Source: Vicugna vicugna (taxonomy: Eukaryota). From it: a DNA stretch of 64,000 nt. Each line of letters begins with the position of its first letter. The stretch's first letter is position 1. Of this stretch, positions 1 to 10,730 are shown one piece after another. The notes under the pieces were generated by a model. That model was not told the DNA's origin. It searched no databases and saw nothing but the letters and a program-made list of their open reading frames with translations. The stretch is taken from contig MU058687.1 of NCBI GenBank assembly GCA_013265495.1, positions 1,798,001 to 1,862,000 of the forward strand, written 5' to 3'. The translations under genes were made by a program, and so were the position numbers.

Positions 1-14
1 AGGGAAGAACTAAG

Positions 15-690
15 ATACTTGACAATACTAAGTGTTGGAGGGGACGTGAATTGGCAGGAGCTGTTATATTTTGTTTGTAAAAAATTACCACTTTGGTATT
101 ATCACATAAATTTGAAAATTCACATACCCTATGACCCAACTCCTAGCCACAAACATAAGAGAAGTTCTTCCACATGTGTACCAAGAGGTATATGCAAGAG
201 TGTTCCCAGCTACACTGTTTCTAAGAGCAATAAACTTGAAATAACCAAAATACCCATTAAAGAGCATATAGAAAAATAAGTTGCAGTGTACTTGAAAACT
301 GGAATACCAAGCAGCACATTAAAGTTAATGAATTTCAGCTGTACTTAGAAAGGGTGAATCTTGGAAGTGTATTATTAAATAACAAAAGCAAAGTTCCAAT
401 GGTATCAATATAGTAGGATACCCTTTTTATAGAGCTCAAAAACAAGCAGAATTAACTAGAATTTTGTTAAGCAAGCATACACACACAAACACAAAAATAC
501 ATAAAATAAAACTATTTTTAAAAGAAGGGCATGGTAAGGGGAGAATAGGGATGAGGAGGAGCACATGGCTTGATGCATGTTAATGTACTTGAGTTGGGTG
601 GTCAGTTCACAGGTGTTCATTATAATATGCTTTATAACTTCTACATTATTGCAAATAATATTTTGTATATGTCAGATAATAAACATGAAA
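15..690 (+). mobile_element. Old L1 (L1M-type) ORF2 end / 3'UTR fragment
   Basis: gacaatactaagtgttgg..., ccctatgacccaactcc... resemble L1 3' consensus motifs. Confidence 0.75.
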
Positions 691-1511
691 AAGGTAGATT
701 TTTTAAAGCAGTATCACCAAATTATATATACAGAATGATTGTGCTTATAGAAACATTAATAAGACAGAAAGGAAACACAAACTGTTTCTGCTTTTCTGGA
801 TTTAAAATTTTTTTTCAATGAGGTGTGTGACTTTATTGTAGAAAAACATAGAAACCTTAATTTTTATATTAACTAATTTCTTTTTTACCGGAATTTCAGT
901 GCTCAGAAATTACAGGATTCTCTGACATAGTTGAAAGAAGAAAATTGAAATCTGAAAGGAAGATCAATCATTTGATAATATAGAGTTATTGCTGTTTTTT
1001 TAAATACACTCAGTTTTGCTTCTCTCCCTCTTTCCTTTTTGAGCTTTGTAACAAGGATTGTGGATGATTTACAGTGGATGCCATAGACTACTGACAAGTG
1101 CAGTCACAACAAGAAAAACAATTAAAATTTTCAAGGCTATACTTTTTTATTCTAATGAATCTAATCTTAGTAGATTAGTAAATTCTAGGATCAATTATTC
1201 CCCACTACATATGATGAAAATTATTTTTTTGTGAAGCATTCATAGTAACAAATGCACAGTAATAAAATGCACGTAATAAAAACACAGTAATAAATGCATG
1301 TATCAGTTTGGTGGTAGGAAGAACTTCTAGGGTATAATATGGATTTATTTTTACTTTTGTGAACATTTGAAGATAGTTCATTGCTCCTTATGATGTCAGA
1401 GAGCCCTAGGATTCAGTAAAGTAAAGCATCTATTGGCTGTGATTTATCTGTCATCCTAAGTTGTTCAGGGCCTTTTTCCAAAGTGGGTGAAAACTTTTCT
1501 CTTTTTAGCAG

Positions 1512-1696
1512 GTTCATGCCATCCAAGCAAGCAGCATTCATTAGTAGCTAAAACACAAAAGGAGGGAGAAGATGGCTCTTCACATGGCAAACGGTACAAC
1601 CCCAGTATGGTTACAGCTGAACTTCAGCGGCTAGCTGAGAAGCAGGCAGCAAGGCAGTATTCTCCATCCACTCACATCAGTCTCCTCACCCAGCAG
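1512..1696 (+). CDS. TTLL5: TTLL5 coding exon A (G)[61 protein letters not shown]
   Basis: Acceptor ttttctctttttagcag|GT (alternative AG 3 nt upstream gives start 1509). Donor CAG|gtatgg at 1697. The peptide matches recalled TTLL5 and lies within track ORF 1487..1798. Confidence 0.95.
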
Positions 1697-1968
1697 GTAT
1701 GGACAGTGTGGAGTGTCAAAGAGCTCTTTGGACCAATGGATAGGATTAACAACAGGGTACTCTGTTCTTCCCTGTCTTTACTAATTCCCATATGCTGATG
1801 CCTGTTTTAATCCTATCATTGGTTTCGAGCTCAAGAATGAAAGTGTTCCTCTTCAGCTTTAAAGAAAAAGTTTCTCTATAGGTATTGCAAAGTTAAGTCT
1901 GATGCTAGATATAATGTACCTATCCATAGATAAGTAGACTTGAATGTTCAGCTGTAAATACACTTTTT

Positions 1969-2174
1969 TTTTACATTTTTTATTGATTCATAATCATTTT
2001 ACAGTGTTGTGTCAAATTCCAGTGTTCAGCACAATTTTTCACTCATTCATGGACATATACACACTCATTGTCACATTTTTTTCTCTGTGATTTATCATAA
2101 CATTTTGTGTATATTTCCCTGTGCTATACAGTGTAATCTTGTTTATCTATTCTACAATTTTGAAATCCCAGTCT
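1969..2174 (-). mobile_element. L1 3' end (young, artiodactyl/camelid type), running into an N-gap
   Basis: poly-T then tattgattcataatcattttacagtgttgtg...ttccctgtgctatacagt. Confidence 0.8.
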
Positions 2175-3719
2175 NNNNNNNNNNNNNNNNNNNNNNNNNN
2201 NNNNNNNNNNNNNNNNNNNNNNNNNNNNNNNNNNNNNNNNNNNNNNNNNNNNNNNNNNNTGTTGCTGCAGATATAATGTACTTGTTCATAGATATGTAGA
2301 CTTAAATGTCCATTGTTAAATATACTTTTAAAGAATCTGTAAAAATAACTTATTTCTTTGGTAAAATTTTCCAGTGAGTTTGTCTTATAAATCTTTTTAC
2401 CAGAATGACATATTACGTTTTACTTTTTTTTTTTCAGACAGTACCACCTTTTATCTCATAATAGCAGGATGTCTTCTGGGCACTGATTAGTGAATTATTT
2501 CAGGGTACCCTCATCCAACACATATTATTCTCCCCATTTTACAGATGGGGGAAACTGAGGCTGAAATGAATGAAATGAATGGTGTAATCAAGGTCATCAG
2601 ACAAGCTCAATGGATACCAGGATTTTGACTTTAACTTATATATATATACTTACAAGCTTACAACACAGCGAAGTTAGATGAAACTTTTAAGAACTTCAGG
2701 ATTCTTTTTGCCCTTCTTGCTGATTATCCCCATGGTATTTAACTGGAAGTAAAAGCCGTCTTTTTTCCTTTTCCTTAATGCAAAACAGCATCAAAATCCT
2801 CCAAAGCAATTACTGTTATTAACTCCACAGTTGTATTTTGTGATATCCTCATCGTGTCATGTTCTTTAATCGGTGGCAACTCTAGTGATAATCAAGTCTA
2901 GAAAAAAGTGAAGCTGAAAATTACTTCAAGCTCATGTTAAAAGTAGGCAGCACACTGCTCCCTGGTGGTGCCCTACTTCTCTGTGTAAAATTTTGGACCA
3001 AAATTTAGGGTAAGCCTTAGCTTTACTTCAGCTTCATCCCAGAGTATGAGGGTGTAATTCATTTTCAAGTCCTTACTAGTTGGAGGGGAGTACATGAGGA
3101 GGCCTAAGGTGAGTTAGGAAGTGACGAATCTTACACGGGCAGCGTTGAGACTTGAAGGGAGTGGGATAGTTAGATTTTAGTGTTAGAATGATGGGAAGAG
3201 GGAATGGAATCTCATGACCCTGGTAGAATGGGAAGGAATTTTGAGATGTGAAGTGGATATGAGGAAGGGCCAAGGCCAGTGGGCTGCTGCACTTTTTTAA
3301 TTGAGTCACTGACGAGTGCTTATGTTTCCAAATTTTAATGAGCAACTAGAAGCACCAAGACATTAAGAAATTTTCTTTGCAATTACAGTAAAAAAATAAA
3401 TAGCCAATATTAGTGTTTACATATTTTCACCTCCTATCATTTGGTAGATGGCAAAGTTTACCAAAATGATAGGATCCTGATCCTGCAGGAATCCAAGGTG
3501 ATTGTATCCTAATTGGAAAGTCATCCCCATTCTGTCCATCTTTCTCATGGAAGAATTTCAGTGCCAGTGAATTAAAATTCCATCAGACTTCATCAGGATC
3601 TGAACTTGCCATTAGATGTCAGTCTTAACTTTTAGAGCCTTGGTAACAGAGTGGATAGTATTGTACTGAGGGAGGTGCTGTAGTTTGTCCTAAGTGCGGT
3701 GGAGCAGTGGGAAAAGGGC

Positions 3720-3880
3720 TGGGTTAGCCATCTAGGGACCTGCCTTCTTCTGCCACTTACTGGCTTTGTGAGCTTGGGCAACTCGCTCAACTCCTGTCAA
3801 CCTCAGAGTCTTTGTTTGTGGATGAGGAAAATACAACAGGGTCATGAGGATAGTATGCAAAAACCTCTTTGTAAAGTCGA
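3720..3880 (+). mobile_element. MIR SINE
   Basis: ctgccacttactggctttgtgagcttgggcaa core. Confidence 0.65.
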
Positions 3881-4214
3881 AGTGCTTGGAAAAGATTATT
3901 ATTTCAACCATAAAAGGCTTTCAGTAATAAATCGTTTCTAATTTGATTGGAAATAAGTTTTTGGATAAAATGCAGTGTTACCAAAATGAATGTTGTTATT
4001 GAAAAACTAAGGATATATTATTTGTATTATTTTCCCTCAGAGAAAGTAATTCCTTAATTTGGAATTCGGAAAATTATTTTATTGTTCTTTTTCTAGTAAA
4101 TAATAACGTGTTATAATGGCTTAATATGGGCCCTGGGACATTTGTTTGCTAGCCATTTCCTTTGATTCCTTGCTGTGTTTGAAAGAAAGTTGCCTTAGTT
4201 CCTTACTCATTGAG

Positions 4215-4760
4215 GCAAGTGATAAGGTATCTGTGGTTTCTGATGAGAGGTGGGCATCCAGACAGAACGTGGTGAGAGCTCTGTTCTTCCCTCTGGACTT
4301 GGGGCATGAGACCCGCAACTCAGCTCCACCAGAAACGACTTTGTATCCAGCGGTCACTTTAAATGGTTTTTATTTCCTCTTACCTGTGACTGTTTCCTTA
4401 TTTTCAATTCCTATTTTGTGTTTGTGTTTTCTTTTTTCATATATCTGATAGGGGTAATGAATATTTTCTTTCCCCCTTCCTTTTTTTTTTTGATAAGATT
4501 GTTCTGGATATATTTATTCATCCTGTTGTTTTATTGTTTGTTAATTGATTATCTTTTTGTTTTACCTTTGCTAATCTCCTTCTTTCTGCTTTCCTTAGCT
4601 TTATTCTGTTATTTACTCTGAATTTCCTGAGTTGGGTAGTTCATTTATTTTTAGTCATTCTTGTTTTTTACTATATTTAAAGCTATGAATTTTCCTCTGA
4701 GTTTTGCTTTAATTATATCCTATAAACTCTGATATATTTTTGCATTGCTTTTCTGGGCAA
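4215..4760 (-). mobile_element. Old L1 ORF1/ORF2 fragments
   Basis: T-rich antisense L1 motifs (tttctgatgagag, aaagctatgaattttcctctgag). Confidence 0.65.
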
Positions 4761-4954
4761 GGTGTTGAGACCTTCCACTAAATAAGGAATGCTGATTGTA
4801 AATATTTGTGCTATTTTGTAAAACTGAGTATAAAAAATTTAAAATTGGGGGGAAATCCAAAAAATCATTTTATTTTGTCTATACTTTTAGCTACTTAGCC
4901 CTTTAAAGCTTTAGCAGTAATCTGCATAAAACTTTTTATCTGAATGTATTCTTT

Positions 4955-5420
4955 TAATTCATTCATTCAAAGACATTTTATTACACTCTTAAGAGTGTTC
5001 CAGGCCATGGTGCTAAGCCACAGGGATGATACGAGACATAGACCTTCGTGTGAAAGAACTCACAATCTGGTGCTGTTGACAGCCATGTAACACATGATAG
5101 TACTAGCCTGGAATATGCAGAGATATTTCTAGGGAATAACAAAACTGCCAAAAGGGATACCTAACCCTGTCTCTGGGTAGTGGTGGGAGCCAGATTACAT
5201 TTAACTGAATCTTAAAGATAGGCGGGTGGGTGGCAGAAGAAGAGTAGGGCAGGCTCCAGAATACAGGCTAGCATGTGTGTATGTGGGGAAGCAGCAAGCT
5301 AGTGGTTGGTGGTGGTGGAGGATAGGGTGCCGGCAGGGAGCCGCTCAGATGGAAGCTGGATGAGAAGACAAGGCCTGATTCAGGGAGAGCTTTGAATGCC
5401 CTGTGAAGGAACTCACCCTT
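4955..5420 (-). mobile_element. L2 3' fragment
   Basis: attcattcattcaa tail followed by ccaggccatggtgctaagc...aactcacaatctgg. Confidence 0.7.
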
Positions 5421-7199
5421 TATCTCCTAGATGACGAAGAGCCACAGAGACAAACGGGCTTTGCCTTTTAGCTGCATCACTCAGGTAGCTGGGAGGAAGA
5501 TAGATTGCAGGATGAAGCAGTGTCATCTCCTTTGCCTCCCTGATCACTAGTGAAGATGCGAGGAACAGTAAACTAGCCAAAAGAAAAGAAGCAAAGTACT
5601 CTGACAACCCAAAAATTTGATAAGAAAACTTTGAGTTACCCAGAATTTACCTTAGAGGCTAGATTCTTAGGAATTTGTGTGGCTAAAAACAGAACCTCGT
5701 TTCTCTTGTAATTACTTTTTTTTTTTTACCATTTCTTCTATGATTTAACTTTATTTATAGCCTAGAATAGATGAGAATATGGAACTTCCCCTGCCACACA
5801 GAGTGGCCACTATGGCCACTTCAGAAATGTCTGTACCAGCACGTGAATGCTTGAAATATAGAGATATGTGTTCTTAACATATGGTTATTGCACAAATGCC
5901 TACATATTGGAACAGAGATCAGCTCAAATCTAGTTCTTTCCCATGGCACGTGAGAGGCTGGTTATCTTTTGGGACTAGGATCCTGCAGAAAGAATGTGTA
6001 CACCCCTGAAAGCTGGGTTTTCCAGAAGCATCTTTTGCATGTGGCGGGGGGGAGGAGGGCTGTGGTGGCTGACAGGGGGCTGGAGTCGAGCTTGAGTGTG
6101 GGTCTCCCTATCTCTGCCATACCCAGGGCCAGGCGAAGTGTGCTTCACAGCTGCAGCACTCTGCACATGCAGACGTCACCCTTTGTGGTCGTTGCCGTCA
6201 GTGAACAGAAGGATGTGGCCAAGTAGCCCAGCTCCGCGGTGAGAAGTGGGAGGCCAGGAATCAGAGGGAGCACTGGCCTTCTCTGTGCGGGCCAGTGTGA
6301 GATTTCAGGACCCGGCTATCATTAGGAGCAGCTCCAGCTCTTCCAGCCTGGGAGCTTAATCAAAGGAGTAACAGCAGACCACCCAGGCGAGGGCTCGGAT
6401 ACTAGCGAATGTGCTGTGTCAGGCTGTGTTCCCCCTCCAGCCAGTGCCCGGGATGTGGCCAGGCCTCCTGCAAATGTGCTGACAGATACATAGGAGGGAG
6501 GAGACACTCTTTGCTTCTCACATTTTTCATTTAGTTGGAGAGTGAAAAAGAGAACCATTCAGTTTTTTTTTGTTTTTTTCTCCTTGCCCTGGTACTTTCC
6601 TGCCTCATCCGAGAGACAGGCATACACTGAGGTAGAGGATCTTTGCTTCACACCAGTTACTCACTCTCACTCACTCAGATATGAAGGAATTCCTTATCAC
6701 TCCATCTGCTTCAGCAGCTGGTCTGTAATCACACTGATTTCTTCAGGGTTCAAAGGAGGACCCTGAGTGAATCTCAGTTTCAGAAGTTCCAATTTGGAGG
6801 TGAAACTGGCAGATAAATTTTTGAAATGGCTGTGAATGTTCTCTAGGGTTGGGGCCAGTGGCACCCAGTTTACAATGACAATCTCGGGCATTTGGCACTG
6901 GAAACTGTCTTCTTGCCTCAGCGTATCTAGACACATTTGAACTATTGTACACCTGTGTTCTGATTTTATGGTTGTTTCTTAAGTCTGGCTCCTTTGGTTC
7001 TATATTTTTTTCTGGGTAGAAAACATTGTACTTCTTTGTGTCATGTACATGACTTTATTCCCATTTCTGGAAACAAAAAAGGATAAATAGAAAAAAGCGG
7101 AAGCTCTTGAGTTGGTGAGACCCTGTGAGTTATTTAACTTTTCTGTGCCTTGATTTTCTTCTCTGTAAAGTGGGGTAATTTTAGCATCAAGATGAATTC

Positions 7200-8710
7200 T
7201 CCTCCTGGATCCTTGACCTCCCTGCTCTAGGTCCTAGCTCCAGTTGATCCCGCCGAACTCCCTAGCTCTTCTATGTCTCGTGAGGCCTTAAACCCCCAGT
7301 TTCCTTAGTTCTGTGGCCCACCGTGTGATTTCTGGTTCTAAAATAACCTTTCTTTATCTCTTACCATTTTGACCAACTCTCTCTCAAAGGTTGCCATTGA
7401 CCTTGGAATTGCCAGCTTCAGTCAGCTGTTTTTAATCCTCATTCTCCTTTAGCACATGGCACTATTATTGACTGCCTCCTACCTGAAAACCTCCTTTTGT
7501 TTCTCCAACCCTTCAGTAATCCCTGAGAGCTCATCCTCCACTTCCCCCTGAAAAACTCGGTCTCATTTTTAACGTTTTCAAAAATGCACTGGTATATAGA
7601 CCTCAAATATATAAACTGGCAAACAGCAGAGTCTCTCTGATTAAAGAAGGGGGGTGATGCCTGGACATCTGCTTCTCCCTGCTCTTGACGGGTGCCCTCC
7701 AGCAAACATCTGAATCCCAGAGTTCAGCCCAGCTTTTCTTCTCTCTGTAGTTTCCCTTTGGGTAAATTTTCTCTTCCCACATGCATCTAGTACTGTTCTG
7801 CAGATTGCTCCCAAATGTACATCTTTAGTTTGAACCCGTCTGCTGAGTGCCAGGTCCAGATTTCCAACGGCCTGATCAACATTGCCACCTAGCTATATTA
7901 CTGGCATCCAAAATATTCAACATATTTTACACATTTCAAGAATTCTCAAAAAGATAGCCAACGTATCTAAAACCTGCTTATTCTTCTCCCCCTTTTCCTC
8001 TCTGTATTAGTGACACTGCAGTTCCCCTAGAGGCTTAGGCACAGAGTCCTGATTGATCATTGTCTCTCTTGGCTTCCTCATTCTCTCTACGTCTTGTTGA
8101 TTCTGACTCTTGATGTCTCTGATATGTATCTTCTCTGTTTCACTTTCACATCTACTGTCCTGCTTAAGGCCTTAATTATCTCTTGACTGGTCAGCTACAA
8201 TTACCTCCTAAATGGTCTCCCAGCCATTCTCCCCTGTTCACCCTAGTCTTTGCTCTAAAGGAATCTTTCTAAATCACAAGCCTGATAATAATACTCCTCT
8301 GCTCAAGAATCTCGAGGGAGCTGCCTGTTATGTTCAATGTGAAGCCTAAGCTATTGAAGGCTATTCAAAGCCCTCATGTAGAATCTGGCTCCAGGCTACT
8401 TCTCCAGCCTGTCTCCCTTCGATCACACGTGTTTCTGTGCAGCTCACCCAGAATTTCTGTTAGCTTCTGTGCCTTAGTTTATACTGTCTTCTCGTGGGAA
8501 GTGTTTCCCAGTCACCATTCACCATATCTAACTTTATGCATTTGTCCAGGCTCAGCATAGATGCCACTTCACCCATATTTGTCCAGCTCATGCTGTGTTT
8601 GTCCAGAAAGCTGTCCCCTTCAATAGACTCTGAGCTCCTTGGAGGCAGTGTCCTTTGCTGCGTCAGGACCTGACTCACGGGTAGTATTCAGTAAATGTGC
8701 TGGATTGTGA
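7200..8710 (+). mobile_element. Long L2 3' fragment
   Basis: Pyrimidine-rich L2 ORF2/3' motifs (tccagatttccaac, ggaatctttctaaatcacaagcctgat) ending tattcagtaaatgtg. Confidence 0.75.
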
Positions 8711-9149
8711 GGTACTTGATTGAGGATGGGGACCATGTCCATTTTTTCACCAATTTTTTTTTCCAGCTGGGTATATATTGTGTGCACTCAATACATAATT
8801 TTTTAAATAAATGAGTGAATGAAGAATCCTCTGCTGCTCCAGCCAGAGGTCATCTTTCCATTGTCTATGTCCCTTTAGCCCTTCATTAGTCACTCTCTAT
8901 AATCAATCTATTTAGCTGTTTTGTATCTCTTCTTTCCTGTTGAGTTATAAACTATGTGATGGCAGTTCTTTCTAACCCATCACCCAGCACAACAGCCTTG
9001 CCCTTGGTAGACACTTATCATATGTTTACTAAATTGAAAAGAATTTCTCTTCTCTGTTTTGTTGATTTTTATATTCCTTTAAAAAACTATTCCTTCCCTT
9101 TTTTTCATTGACAATACCACACCTGCCCTTCATAATAAAGCAGTTGACT

Positions 9150-9335
9150 TTGAGTGTCTACATTGTACTAGACACTGTGCTAAATAATTTATATGCACTA
9201 TCTCTTTAACCTTATGAGGTAGATACTTTTTTACAGATGAAGACAATGGAAGCTGAAAGCATAAGTAACTCTGCTGAGGTCACACAAATGGCAAGTGACT
9301 GACCCGGAACTCAAACCCACGTCTCTCTGACTTCA
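9150..9335 (-). mobile_element. MIR SINE
   Basis: ttttacagatgaagacaatggaagctg...gaggtcacac...ggaactcaaaccc. Confidence 0.75.
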
Positions 9336-10529
9336 TACTCTTTCCCTCAGTGTTTTTCTGCCTCTTCCCCTTTGAATCAGGACCCTCACCTCTCATCAGA
9401 GTGCAGTGACCGAGCTTAACACTGCTGCAGAGTTGTAGCCAAGCCAGTGCTTGCGCCAGCAGAGGGAAATGAGGAATTGAATGTCCTTTGTTTTCATGGT
9501 TAGAAATGCTTCTCCAACTCCCCAAAGCAGGTTGAGAAACATGTGGCTGTGTTGAGATTATCAGTAACTTGTTGAGTGAACTCTTCATCAGATTATTTCG
9601 TAGTGAAGTCAGCTGATCCACTGAGCGGCCTTCTTAATCCCTAAAGATGCAATAATAGATCTATTCATCATGGCAGTGGCAGCTCCCATCGACTCACAAA
9701 AAAAAAAAAACAAACAAACTCATAAATTGGAAGCACTAGAAAGGGATTTGGCCATCTTGTAAGGTTTCCCATGAATGTCTTTGGTAATTGTAGATCTAGA
9801 ACTCTTTCTGGATTTTGGAATACTAAATATTTATACGTATATTACGTAAATGAGAACATTCAACAGAGAGGGAAGATATAACAAAAAGACTTAGTGCTAA
9901 TGTAGCAGAACTACAGAGAGTCCTTGCTTTTCTGATTCCCTTTAAAAATTTTATCTCCTGGTGATTAGAGTGTGAATTTCTTGAGATTCATTTTATCAGT
10001 GTCCAAGCATTTACACAGGAGTTGAAGCTGCCATAGAACATGTTGATTGTTGTAGCTAATGATTTAATAACTGCTCAGGAAGTGCCCTTGAAAGTAAAAA
10101 TTAGCTGTTTTAAGGATGATTCTTTTCATGCTCTTGTTTGAATATATTCTCTGATATTTCTCCAGTGATGAAAATCATGTAGTAAGTCCAAATCTGGTCC
10201 TTTGGGTTTTCACTTTCTTTTATCTCAAGTGAAATGGATCTTGACTCACTGATGTTTTTTATTCAAGGATTGCCTTTGTTCCAGCAGCATATGGTAAAAC
10301 AAGTCAGGCAGAACTAGCCACAGCATTTCCCTGCTCCAGATCATTGAGAGCACCATGGTCACGGGAATAGAAATTCCATGGCAGGTTCAGCTGATCCCAT
10401 CATATTCTGATGAGCCTTTTTATATGAGTGACCTGGAGAAGGTTGTTCTCAAGATGATAATGGTGTAGTTCTGAGGACAGTATGAATACAGATTTAGAAA
10501 AATGTATCTTTATATCAGTGATATGAAGT

Positions 10530-10730
10530 GATTCTTGATCTTTTTGGAGTCAGAGATCCCTTTGAGAATTGAATGAAGGGTATATTTTTTCTCCCGAAAA
10601 AAAAAATGTGCACTCAAACTTAGAAATGTGCATTCATTTCAAAGAGTTCATAGATACTCCCTGCTCCGTAAACTAGACTCCCTCTTGATGACCTGTGGAC
10701 CCGTGGTCTCCAAGTTAAGACCTTCTGAAA
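10530..10730. mobile_element. hAT-Charlie-type MITE (MER103/MER112-like; exact family uncertain)
   Basis: gtgattcttgatctttttggagtcagagatccctttgagaat...ccaagttaagaccttctg with imperfect terminal inverted repeats. Confidence 0.55.

Noticed and set aside
1487-1798. 103-aa ORF as a standalone gene
   Set aside because: Only 1512-1696 is exonic; the GTG start and the tail after QQ are intronic read-through.
2420-2461. Strong-looking acceptor (T-run + cag at 2437)
   Set aside because: The frame stops after 7 codons and there is no good donor or poly(A) signal; T-runs generate such sites by chance.
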